From contig MU059006.1 in NCBI GenBank assembly GCA_013265495.1, positions 186,001-250,000 on the forward strand: 64,000 bases of DNA, written 5' to 3'. Origin of the DNA: Vicugna vicugna (taxonomy: Eukaryota). Below the pieces are notes generated by a model. The model was not told where the DNA came from. It was given only the letters and a program-made list of their open reading frames with translations, and ran no database searches. This document shows, one piece after another, positions 1 through 10,621 of this stretch. Position 1 is the stretch's first letter, and every line of letters begins with the position of its first letter. The translations under genes were made by a program, and so were the position numbers.

Positions 1-1252
1 GCAGATACAACCAAGTCTCTGCCAGGCCCACAGAGCTCTGGAGCTGAACCAGGGACCATTGCTTGGGGGAGGAGAGATGCCCTGGTATCTCGTCTTGCTC
101 CGCCGTCGATGGAGCCTGCCCCAGGGGGAACATGACTAGACTCGGAAGCAGCCAGAGGACATTGGCTACCTGTACCTCTCACAGCTGAGAAGCAGAGAGC
201 CCTCTTTTAAAGGGGGACCCGCAGTGTGACTCGGGGCCTGTCAAATCTGCCCTACAATGGAGGGTGGAGGGTGAGACACAGTTACGACTCATACACAAGA
301 GCTGCTGGGCCAGGGTGCTATGATGCTGCCAGAGGCACCTGCCTGGGGGAACAGCAAGGCTTCTTGAAAGTGACAGCTAGGATAGGGGTTCAATGGTGAG
401 TGACAGGTGCCCAGCAGGGACAGTGGGGAAGGCCACTGGCCCAGAATCAGCACATACTGGGTGATGAGATGGAAGCTAGACACAGCAAAGGCCTTGGGCT
501 GTGGCTGCAGGACTGTCCTGGAGCCCAGACCCTGGTCCTTCCCAGGAGGCAGCCAGGAGCTTTCTTGTTCAAGCTTTTCTATTCTGCCGGAAACCATACG
601 CGCCTGGGGCAGTCCCAAGCTCCCCGCCTCTCCATGCCTCTTATCTTCTTGTGGCACATGGGACCAGAACATGCCGGCCCCACAGCAGGGCTCTTGTTTC
701 TTGTAAACAGCCCCGGCCTTGTCTGCCCGGGGCACAGGGGTGCTGGTTACAGAGGCCGGACTGGCGACGGGGTGAGTTACCAGCTAGACCCAAACCGCTC
801 TGTTAATGCGAAGCAGAAGGAGCTATTGTTTTTGGCCTCAGGAGCTGGCTCAAAAGCCAGGGTTGATTTTGGTCATATTCAGCCACCAAATACCCGTGCA
901 CTCAAGTTCCAGGGGTTCATGTCCAGGGATCAAAGGGTCGGAGCATCAGCCCTGAAGGGCCAGATGAGGGAAGGCTAGGGAGAGAGCTGCACCTCGGGGG
1001 CCTCTGCCCTTGGCTGAAATGTGAAAGATGCACCCCGCCCCTCAAAGGAAATCCTCCCGCCCTCCTCCTCCCAGAGTGTTATCAGGCCCAGGCCCAGCCC
1101 CAGACTGTGGATGCAAGCATTTCAACCTTGAGATCCTCCCGCCTCCAGCCCAGCCAGGCAGCTACATCGCTACTGCTTTTCCTCTTTTATGTGATTTCCC
1201 CCTGGTAGCCCACAAAGCTGGGGTGAGGGTTATTTTCAAACAAGAAGCTCAA

Positions 1253-1387
1253 GGGAAGGGTATAGCTCAAGTGGTAGAGCGCATGCTTAGCAAGCATGAG
1301 GTCCTGGGTTCAATCCCCAGCACCTCCCCTAAACATAAATAAGTAACCCTAATTATCTCCCCTATACACACACACAAAATGACTTTT
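1253..1387 (+). mobile_element. tRNA-Ala(AGC)-derived SINE (camelid vic-1 type), long form
   Basis: Head GGGTATAGCTCAAGTGGTAGAGCGCATGCTTAGCAAGCATGAGGTCCTGGGTTCAATCCCCAGCACCTCC with pol III A and B boxes, then an A-rich spacer, CCTAATTATCTCCCC and a (CA)-containing tail. Flanked by a degenerate TSD: AAACAAGAAGCTC (1238-1250) / AAACAAGGATCTC (1388-1400), 11/13 identical. Confidence 0.9.
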
Positions 1388-1859
1388 AAACAAGGATCTC
1401 TTTTGTTTGCTGCCCGTAAGCTTCTATTCCATTAGAAAAAAAGAAGAAGAACAATAAGGCTCCTTCCATCAAATTCCTCTGGAAAAACTGACCTCTATTT
1501 TGAGGTAAAAGCATTTTAAGAAAGCAAGTTCCCTGAGATCTCCCTGTTTCAGAATGCTCTGAGCTCGGATGCTGTGCAAACTGAAACGGGCCCCCTCGCA
1601 CTCTGCTGTGCGTGTAAATCCCCCAGGGGCCTTGTCAATACCCATATTCGGTTCTGGATCCTGGGGCAGGGCTGCGATCAGGTGCATTTGACAAGCGCCT
1701 GAGTGATGCCCACGCTGCTGCCCCGAGGACTGCACAGTAGTGAGGGGTGAGGATCTGGTCGGAACCCTGCTCTCCAGAGGGCCCTCAGCTCTGACCTTAG
1801 AGGCCAGAGTCTTCATGGCATTCCTGGTAAGGCCACTAGACCATCCCCATCGGTCCACC

Positions 1860-3130
1860 AAGCAGAGAGCATCAGCAGACTAGCACCCACAGTGCGTGAG
1901 GAAGGGGACATCCATCTCCACACCTCCCAGACCATGGGAGACCTCAGAGTGGAAAAGGTGACCCAGGATGAAGAGGGGTGCATGGAGAGAAGACGGGCAA
2001 GGACAGAGCCGGAGACCCAATGTTTAAGTCACCGGGAGGCAGAGAAGGGAGCTTGCAAAGGAACTGGAGGCGGAGCACACTAGCAGGGTGGGGGGCCCCA
2101 TGAGCAAAGCATCACCTTGGAAACCAAGGAGGAAATGGTCCCCAAACGCCCATGTTGCAGAGAAATCATGAAAGCTAAAGACTGAAAGATTCCCTCCGGG
2201 TTGGGTTCAGCAGCAAGGTGCTCACTCAGCTTGTAAGGCTGCAGCTCCCATCCCTGCACAGTAGGCTCCCTGGGAGGGTGCCAACAAGCAGAGGAGGGGC
2301 CCTGGCATGAGGCTTGGAAGGGACAAGAAATTTGGTCAAAAAAGGAGAGAGCTGAGGCAGTGATTGAGGGGGTTTAGGGAAAACCAGGGCTCTTTTCTTT
2401 GTGTGAAGGGAGAAAGAAGCAGAAACCAGTGAAGAAACAGTAAACAAAGAGAATGATGAGAGAAAAAATGGTCCATCAAAGGGCAAAGCCCCGAAGCCTG
2501 GCACAAGAAGGGTGTAGCAGACAGTGACAGGAGGGAGGCTAGGCTTCCGTGGTGGCTGCAAGGAAAGAGGGGGCCATCCTCCTGAGAGTGGATGGGAAGT
2601 TTGGAAACAGCCGCTGCAGGGAACAGGGTGCCTATGACTCTGGTGAGCACATGTTGGCGGACTGATTTTATCCAGCAGCACCGAAATGCCCATAGAGCAG
2701 GTCTGAGAAAAGAGTGGTTGGCTCAACTCATGGCTGGGATGTTGCCGGGGGACCCAATCCAAGAAGAGTGATGCAGGACATGCGATGATATCTGCGAGAG
2801 AGAGGCTGCCATGATGCTTCACGGAGTCTGAGCAGGGGAGGAACAGAGGAGGGCAGGAGGGAGCCCAGAGGTAAGAAGAAAGTGGAGGGAGCAGTGGTCT
2901 GGGACATCCAGTGGCCTGTTTCCAGAATGATTGATGATGATGATGACATTTATAAGGAAGGAAGTTATACAAAAAGGGAGAATATTGAGTTCTGGGTGAT
3001 GACATAAGTAGGGAGCAGAGAAGTGATGGCAGTAATTAGAGGTAATCAGTTAAGGAAGTAGAATCTAGGATGGTGAACATCACCCCCAAGAGGGGGGCCC
3101 TGGGAAAATAACTTACTAAACCCTGCAGCT
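1860..3130 (-). mobile_element. L2 LINE fragment(s), highly diverged
   Basis: Purine-rich + strand resembles the antisense of L2 ORF2/3' region (e.g. CTTGGAAACCAAGGAGGAAA, AAAGCTAAAGACTGAAAGA). Boundaries approximate. Confidence 0.5.
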
Positions 3131-4197
3131 CATGGGAGAAACCTTCCAGCACCCTGTTCCTGGGATGTGGACACATAGAAGATGACATTCTCAGAGCAGC
3201 ACTCGCCTCATGCTGATGCACAGTCTGATGTGTGGAGGTGACATCTGAGAGCCAGTCCTCCACTAATTGGGAGAGAACCAGGGCTGGGCCCCCAGGCAGG
3301 TGCAAGGCACTGCCATCTCCAGGGGAAGCTCCAAGGTGGCAACCATGCCTTCCCAGGGCAAGGGCTGTCTCCGGAGGCTGGCCTTGTCCACCCAAATGAC
3401 CCAGCCACAGAGGAGGCGCCACCAGCACACACAGAGTGGATGAGCGCTAAGACAGGCCCCCTATCACCTCCCTGGCTTTGGAGGAACATTATTTCAGAAA
3501 GAAACAGAGAGAACACAGCACAGGCAAGTGAAGCGCCCCTGTAGGGAAGGATTTCTCTACTTTTACTTTCCTTCTAAATAGTCTGAAAATTTATGCCCCC
3601 TACACTGACCTCAAGTGCCCCCATTAGGTTCCATTCAACTCTGTGCTACCTAAGTGTTGCATACATTTAGTTCACACGACAATTCTGAACTCGAAAAATG
3701 TGAACTGGCTTACATGCATCCCTATGTGAACACTTCTGTTCATCCAAATAGCGAAATACATAAGGACTCAGGTAGAAAAAAGTTTAAAAGCTCTGTTTCT
3801 CATCTGAACATCCATTCAAGTGGGTAAACTCGATATTCACATGCAAAGAATGGATCTAAACCTCACAACCGATAATTCGCTCAAAATCCATCACTGACCT
3901 AAACAGAGGAGCTAAAATTGTTAAACTCTTAGAAGAAAACATAAGGATAAATCTTCATGACCTTGAGTTTGGCAAAGGATTCTTAGCTATGGCACCAAAA
4001 GTGTGAGCAACAGAAGAAAAATTAGACAAATTTGACTTTGTAACGATGTGAAACTTCTGTGTATCAAAGGATATTGTCAAGAAAGTGAAAAGACATCCTA
4101 TGAAATGGGAAAATTCTCACAAATCATGTATCTGATAAAAGTTGAATATCCAGAATATATAAAGAATACCTTACAAGTCAATAATAAAAAGACAACT

Positions 4198-4263
4198 GGG
4201 GGTAGGGTATAGCTCAGGGGTAGAGTGTGTGTCTAGCATGCGTGAGGTCCTGGGTTCAATCCC
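4198..4263 (+). mobile_element. tRNA-Ala-derived camelid SINE, 3' part lost in gap
   Basis: GGGGGTAGGGTATAGCTCAGGGGTAGAGTGTGTGTCTAGCATGCGTGAGGTCCTGGGTTCAATCCC runs directly into N. Inserted into the L1 just after AATAATAAAAAGACAACT. Confidence 0.88.
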
Positions 4264-4394
4264 NNNNNNNNNNNNNNNNNNNNNNNNNNNNNNNNNNNNN
4301 NNNNNNNNNNNNNNNNNNNNNNNNNNNNNNNNNNNNNNNNNNNNNNNNNNNNNNNNNNNNNNNNNNNNNNNNNNNNNNNNNNNNNNNNNNNNNN
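4264..4394. other. Assembly gap (131 N)
   Basis: Run of N. Confidence 1.
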
Positions 4395-4853
4395 GGGCAA
4401 AAGATTGAGTAGGCATTTCCCCAAGGGAGATATGTACAAATGGCTTATGAACATGAACATGAAAGATGGTTGACATTGGTAGTCATGAGGGAAATTCAAA
4501 TCAACAGCATAATGAGATACCACTTCACACCCACTAGGATGGCTCTAATCAAAAAGTCAAATGATAATGAGTTTGGCTAGGATGGGGAGAAATTGCAACT
4601 CTCACGCACTGCTGATGGGAAGGCAAAATGGTACGGCTGTTTTGGAGAACAGTTGGGCAGTTCCTCAAAAAGCTAAGCAGAGAGAATTACCATACGACCC
4701 AGTTACCCAACTCTTAGGTGCATAGACAAGAGAAATGAAAACATTTGTCCGTACAAAATCTTATACATGAATGTTCATAGCCACATTATTCATAAAAGCC
4801 AAAGGTGAAAGCAACCTAAACGTCATCAGTGGATGAATGAATAAATAAATTAT

Positions 4854-4986
4854 NNNNNNNNNNNNNNNNNNNNNNNNNNNNNNNNNNNNNNNNNNNNNNN
4901 NNNNNNNNNNNNNNNNNNNNNNNNNNNNNNNNNNNNNNNNNNNNNNNNNNNNNNNNNNNNNNNNNNNNNNNNNNNNNNNNNNNNNN
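4854..4986. other. Assembly gap (133 N)
   Basis: Run of N within the L1. Confidence 1.
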
Positions 4987-5519
4987 GTTTCAGTTTATAC
5001 GATTTATCTAGAACAGGCAAACCAGTAGAGACAGAGAGCAGATTAGAGGTTACCAGTGGATGGAGGAAAGGCAGCAGAAATAAAGGATTCTGGAAGGAAG
5101 GAAGGAACAGGTTTTCAGGATGACGTGATAAGAGAGAGGAATGACATCAGGAAAGCTCTTCCACTAGCAGGAAAGGGAAATAATGACATATGCAAGTGTC
5201 TCCTGAGTACCCCAACCACGTGATAGGTCAGAGCTTTGAAGAGGAAGGAGGTGGGGTTCGCGCACGGTGAGGAAACCAGAAGACTTGAGGGCAAGCCCTA
5301 GGTCTGCAAGCTACCACCGTGTGACATCAGAGGACCTGAAGCTCATTCAGCATCTTGACTCTCCTTGGTCATCGGGAAGAAGTGAGCCGGCAGCCTAGGG
5401 CCACATTCAGGTGAGAGAGTGACCTCCAAGGCTGTGCCAGCCTCACCGGCATCATCACAGAGGCTGGGAACAGGTTGGCAGGATGGAGGGAGACAGACTG
5501 CATCCTCGGGGAGAGGCAG

Positions 5520-6035
5520 AGGAATCCTCGCTGTGACCGTTTCTCCTCACCCCCTCCTGCCCCTACAGTGCACCCACCGCGGTTAACTCCTGTCCACATC
5601 ACGGCACTATGTGCGGAACCACCCCGCAGACTCCCGCACCTCCCGAATCTGGTCGGGAGCAGCCAGCTGGCCACCGAGGTGTTTTTCCCCCTCTGCCTGG
5701 GGCCCACCACGGCTGCTCTGGCCGGGTGGTGACTCACAGCTGGCAGGCCTCTGGCCCGGTGTTATTTTGAGATCCGGCCCCGTGATGGGCCGATGTGACA
5801 GCTTTGTTCTCTCGGGCCCCTTTGATTTGTGAATCTCCCTTTGTGGCTGGTAGGGGGATGCTCAGGCCCTGCTGTTTCTGGGCTCCGGCATCCCCTCGGC
5901 TGGGCAGGCCGGGCCAGCTGCAGCGGGGGTGGCAGACAGAGGGCGGGAGCGGCCAGGCCCGGAGCTGAGCAGCCGCTGGCTTGGGCAGCTCGGTGCTTCG
6001 CTTCCAGGCAGCGTGGGGCCAACTGGGTGGTCGTG
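5520..6035. promoter_or_regulatory. Orphan CpG-rich segment, candidate distal enhancer
   Basis: About 30 CpG in about 510 bp by hand count, with no gene start nearby. AP-1 TGACTCA (5730-5736) abuts E-box CAGCTG; TGACAG+CTTTGTT at 5796-5808; CCTTTGAT at 5819-5826. Confidence 0.4.
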
Positions 6036-6379
6036 GAAGAATGGCAATGCATACTCAGAGCCAGTTATGAATGGCCAGATCACAAACCACAGGGCTGGAC
6101 AAGGGCTGCCCTGCTGTGCCTGGGCCTCAGCCCAGGGCTCTCCGCCGAGTCTGTGCTCGGGGTTGGACCCCAGAGAAGCCGTCAGGGACTCGCAGGGCAG
6201 CCAGCCCTTGGGAAAGAGTCCTTGGGGCCTGGGAGGGCTCTGCCAGCCAGAAAAGACTCCAGGCTGTCAGATGAGGTCCGTGGGATCCCGTTTGTGGCAG
6301 ATAACTTCAAGGCAGGAATGTTACAGAGTAGAGAGAGTGTCAGAGTCAGGGGCAATTGTGTGTAAAGCCCAGCTCTGCT

Positions 6380-6510
6380 CCCAGCAGGTGCTAAGACCCT
6401 GGGCTGGTTACTTTGCCTCCAATCTCTCATCTGCAAAATGAAATTCTGAGACCCATCTCTCTGGGCCGTGAAAGGTTTAACTGAGCTATAACACGTACAG
6501 ATGCGCTCTG
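6380..6510. mobile_element. MIR SINE
   Basis: CTGGGCTGGTTACTTTGCCTCC...CTCATCTGCAAAATG matches the MIR core. Confidence 0.6.
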
Positions 6511-6536
6511 CATTGCATCTGCTTGGTAAATGCGGT

Positions 6537-6564
6537 CACACACACACACACACACACACACACA
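6537..6564. repeat. (CA)14 microsatellite
   Basis: Perfect 28-bp CA run. Confidence 0.98.
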
Positions 6565-8734
6565 CCGCCTGCCTCCTCCTGTGATCACTGGGGTAAAGAT
6601 GGCTTGTTCTCAGTTGCTGCCTGGCCAGATGTCCCCTCCATCCTCATGGTTCCATGAATCCTTCCTGAAATGGATGTGTTCCCAGGTCATCGAGGGCTGA
6701 ACTCCAGCCACTGGACTTCAGCCACTGGACTGGAGGCAGCTGAATTCAGCACACGCCCCCTCACTGCTGACACCCCGAACCAACTCAGCAGACACTTAAG
6801 TCAACAGGGTCTTTTTTGGCTGCTGAAAATTTCATGGTCACAGGTATTCCTTCTAGTCACCTTCCAGGGGGCCAAACCTCCTACAGAAGGGGGAAGATGC
6901 ACTCCCCAGATCAAAGCTTTCCATCAAAAGAAGGAGAAACAGGAAACTGAGGAGCTTAGTGCATCCAGCAGGGTGTGACACATCCTGGAGATTCAGGGTC
7001 CCAGCGCCAAGGCTTCTACCACCCGGAGGGGATGGCATGAGAGTCACATCTTCTGATGCACATGTCGGGGTTGAAAGAGGTTTTTGTGTCTTCCTGCCCA
7101 AGTCCCACGCAGGGATGCATATCCACACTGATGTCCGGACCAGCTTCCACTGGGACCCCTCCATGGACAGGTGTTCACTCCCCTCTGGGCAGCTCACTGC
7201 ATCGACAAGACCTCCAAATATTGAAACCCTGCCCTGTGGATCTGACATCAATTGACCTTTATTCCACCGTCTGGGGCTACCTGACAGACCTGCTTCTTGT
7301 TCCTCAAGGCAAGCTGATGTCACTACAGCTTCCGTGAGTCTTGTCATCCCCAGAAAAGAACCCATAAAGCATTGACGCACCTTTCCTTCCAGGGAATGGC
7401 TCCAAGAGCCCCATTCTCTTCTGCTGTCATGAGGAAAGAGTGACGGTGCCATTAGCTTTACCCTGGGGCAAGAGGGCTCTGAGGAGGCTGCCAGCGAGCC
7501 AGTGCTGATGACCCTCCCCTGAGCCACCTCTCCTTAAGTTCTTCTTCAAAGGCCCGGGCCCCCTCCCCTTGGGGGCTGGGGTGCTCGCTTTGGTCCTGCC
7601 CTGGGTTGGGGGCTGGCCTGGGTGTCTGGGAACCTCACCCTCACCCTCACCCCCAACCATGGCAGCTTTCATCCTGTAACTCAGCTTTTCCATCAGAATT
7701 CCGAGGGCAATAATAGTAACTGTTTGCTTGTAAAGTGCTTGGAGCTCAGAGGAGAAAAAGTGTCAGACAAGTGTGAAATGTTATTACTGGCACAAGGTGG
7801 AGGATGGAATGGAAATTCACCAGCAGAGTGTAGGAACTCAGAGGAAGCTGTTTGTCAGCTCCCCTGGACAAATGGATACAGGAAAAGGGGTCTCCCCTCT
7901 GCAGCCAGGCACAACCCAGGTCAGCCAGAGGGGCAGGAGGGGAGGCAAGTAAGGCCAGAGGGAGGGCTCCTGCTTTCTGATGTCAACACCACTGAACTCA
8001 ATTAATAGCCACAACTTCAGCCTGAAGACTTGCTCTCCATTGCACATTAGGGGAGCCCACTAGCCTCGCCCAGGTACCCAGAGCCCCCAAGCAGCCGATG
8101 TAATCTGACAAGAAGCCTCCTGGGAAAAGGAGCCATTGTATCCACCATCTCTGAGAACTAATCTGATTTCCAAACAGGGATGCACCAGGGAGGTAGAGCA
8201 AGTCAGCATGTGTGACATGAAGACTGAAATGGCAGACAGTAGAACAGACTCCTTTGGACATACACATAATTCAATGAACAAAAGAAACTTTAAAAACTCT
8301 AGTACTCTCAGAACTTCAGGAAGAGTGTACATTCATAAAAGAATATTCTGAGGAAAATGCCTTCTTGGACATTTTACATATGATCTGCCATTCATTCCAT
8401 GTTCTCCAAACAGTCATCAGTAAATGAACCAAAAGATAAAGTCAAGGAAGTCTGCCAGAAAAACATGGAGAAGGAACTCTAGATCGAAATGGCCCATACA
8501 TCCTATGAGGATGAATGAAAAAAGTATCATGTAACATTTTAAAACACAGAAGATGAAGAGAAAAATCGTAAATGCTGAGAAAATAGAATCATCCTATAAA
8601 TGAGTAAGAATCAGACAGGCATTTTGTTAACAAACATTATCAGAAATATGGGAGATTTTAACACATACCACGTTCCCAGATAGGAAGACTTAATATTCTA
8701 AAGAAGCCAATCATCCTTAAATTAATCTAAGTGT

Positions 8735-9215
8735 CAGGTTTAGATTCCTGACTCCTGACAGCTAAACTTAGCACTTAAAGACTTTGAGCCTGGAACCAGG
8801 ACTGCAAAGAATCAGGGGAAGGTTCAAAATCCACTCTAGTGGTGGCAGTGATGGAGATGGTGGTGGGAAGTGTTGGTACCATTGGAGCGCATAGCAGCAG
8901 GGCTGATGGTGGTGGGGAAGTAGGTGATGGGTGGTGATGATGGGACAGCAGCCACCAGCAGACAGTATTGAGGAGAGATGACAGCAGCCCTCTTGGCAGC
9001 AAGTACCCAGGGACAAGGCCATCAGTGGCCCCGGACTGTCCCCATCATATCATTTCGCTGTGCTCCAGGTTCTCCAGCCTCTCCTTAATCTGACCTTTTA
9101 TCCAAAGCTTGCTTCCAAACACCCCACCCTGTCACCAAGATATCCAATATCCTTCTAATAAATCTCTGTTAAATAACATTGGTTTCTACTGCTTGCAACC
9201 AAGAACACTGGCACA
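8735..9215 (+). mobile_element. MaLR LTR (MLT1G/H-like)
   Basis: 3' end CCAATATCCTTCTAATAAATCTCTG...TTGGTTTCTACTGCTTGCAACCAAGAACACTG is typical of MLT1 LTR ends. 5' boundary uncertain. Confidence 0.5.
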
Positions 9216-9847
9216 AAGAATTTTCTAATCTTGAGAAAGAACAGGCTTTTAGACACAAGGCGTGAAAGCAGAAATATTATTTTGGAAATGAAAGACTGAC
9301 TAATCAACCCACAAAAACTTGCAACAATCCAATAGAAAAAGTGACACATCGTAGAGTAAGAGAAAAGATTGATTAACGTAGGACAAGACGCTCAGTCTCC
9401 CTATTAATCAAGGAACTGTAGGTTAAAACAATGACATACAACTTTTGCTCTTCAGGTTAGCAAAAATTATAAATGATACATAACACCCAAGGTGCAACAG
9501 GACAGGAAGGCGGGCTCTCTTACAATGCCCTGGGGAAAACAAAGAAGAATGACTTTGACTGGAAGGTGAATGGTATCCCCCAGTACTTGAAGCAGGAATT
9601 TCTTCTCCTCAAAAATGTTATTTCGAAGTATTTATCCTATATATACAGTTGCACAAAACACACAGATGTGAATAGCTGGATTATGTCTAAGAGTCAAAAA
9701 TTGTAGACAACTTAAATATCACCAACAGAGGCATGGTTAAACAAAGTATGAAAAACCCGGGAGGAATTCAAGAGTTCAATTTATCTCTACTGATTTGGAA
9801 GACTCCCTGGTGTGTTGTTTAGTGGGGAGAAAAAAGCACTTGAAGCA

Positions 9848-9951
9848 GGAGGGTATAGCTCAGTGGTAGAGCATGTGTTTAGCATGCATGAGGTCCTGGG
9901 TTCCATCCCCACTACTCCATTTTAAAAATTAAAATGAAATTAAATTTTCAG
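9848..9951 (+). mobile_element. tRNA-Ala-derived camelid SINE, short form
   Basis: GGAGGGTATAGCTCAGTGGTAGAGCATGTGTTTAGCATGCATGAGGTCCTGGGTTCCATCCCCACTACTCC plus an AT-rich tail. TSD AAAAGCACTTGAA (9832-9844) / AAAAGCAATTGAA (9952-9964), 12/13 identical. Confidence 0.9.
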
Positions 9952-10440
9952 AAAAGCAATTGAAAAGCAGTCTGTTTGGTATGATTCAATTTCTTTTTAA
10001 AAACTTTTTAAAAATTCCAAAAGTGCAGCTAAAATCACGTTTTTTTCTTATCCACCTCTGTAACAAGTGATACTGTACAATGATTACTTTTGCAATTTCT
10101 CAGCAAAACTAAAAGGAGAAAGAAATAAAGTCAACAGAAATGTCCTTTTAGGGATAAATCACCACGAAGGTTTCACCGTTCTTATGCGTCATGGTGAACT
10201 GGTTGTGAACTAGGCTGGGTGAGGGACCTTCTGCTGTATCTTATGCCTTCGAGAGGGCAGGGGTAGGTGGAAGAGGCAGAAGACAGTGCCTGGTTTTATT
10301 CTACAGCCTCAGAAAAATTCCTCTGGAGTCTAGATCAAGTTAATGAGGGAAACACTGAAAAGAGCAATCATTACCTTGCTTAAGAACAGCCCGGGTCCCT
10401 TAACGGTCCATCAGAGGAGTGAAATTAACTAGAAGGAAAG

Positions 10441-10621
10441 CCGCCACATCATAAATGGAATCACGGACAGATGAAAAGATGTTTGTTTGACCCAGTAAGT
10501 ACAATATACTGTGCCCACAGCACATCCTGATGGAATACTACGAGGGGGCTGCCTCTGTTTTGCAGCCTAAAGTCCCTTTGATTTATGGAGCCAAAGTAAA
10601 TGACAGGCAGGGCCAATAAAA
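10441..10621. promoter_or_regulatory. Candidate PBX-HOX/MEIS/TCF enhancer
   Basis: TCATAAA (10449-10455); TGTTTGTTT; CCTTTGAT overlapping TGATTTATGG (10575-10588); TGACAG (10601-10606); CCAATAAAA (10613-10621). Sequence is not recognisably repeat-derived. Confidence 0.4.

Larger units (their letters stand above)
3812..5070 (+). mobile_element. L1 (L1MB-like) ORF2 3' end and 3' UTR, interrupted by a SINE and two gaps
   Basis: L1-diagnostic text: AAACTCTTAGAAGAAAACATAAGGATAAATCTTCATGACCTTG, AATGAGATACCACTTCACACCCACTAGGATGGCT, CAGTTCCTCAAAAAGCTAAG, GAACAGGCAAACCAGTAGAGACAGA. Confidence 0.8.
8150..10010 (+). mobile_element. Old L1 (L1ME-like) fragments, ORF1 region to 3' end, interrupted by an MLT1 LTR and a SINE
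   Basis: A-rich + strand. AAAGATAAAGTCAAGGAAGTCTGCCAGAA and AAGAATCAGACAGGCATTTT resemble L1 ORF1; TCAGGTTAGCAAAAATT resembles the L1ME 3' end. Confidence 0.5.

Noticed and set aside
400-978. 192-aa ORF (and overlapping 148-aa antisense ORF)
   Set aside because: GTG start, no recognisable domain, no splice context; expected by chance in GC-rich DNA.
1256-1328. tRNA-Ala(AGC) gene (also at 4198 and 9848)
   Set aside because: Acceptor stem does not pair, and the copies have A-rich tails and TSDs; these are SINEs.
2226-3005. 259-aa minus-strand ORF
   Set aside because: Low-complexity Ser/Pro/Leu product from decayed L2 sequence; no RT or endonuclease motifs.
7633-7656. Telomere-variant repeats (CCCTCA)3-CCCCAA
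   Set aside because: Only about 4 degenerate units with no TTAGGG; too short to call an interstitial telomeric sequence.
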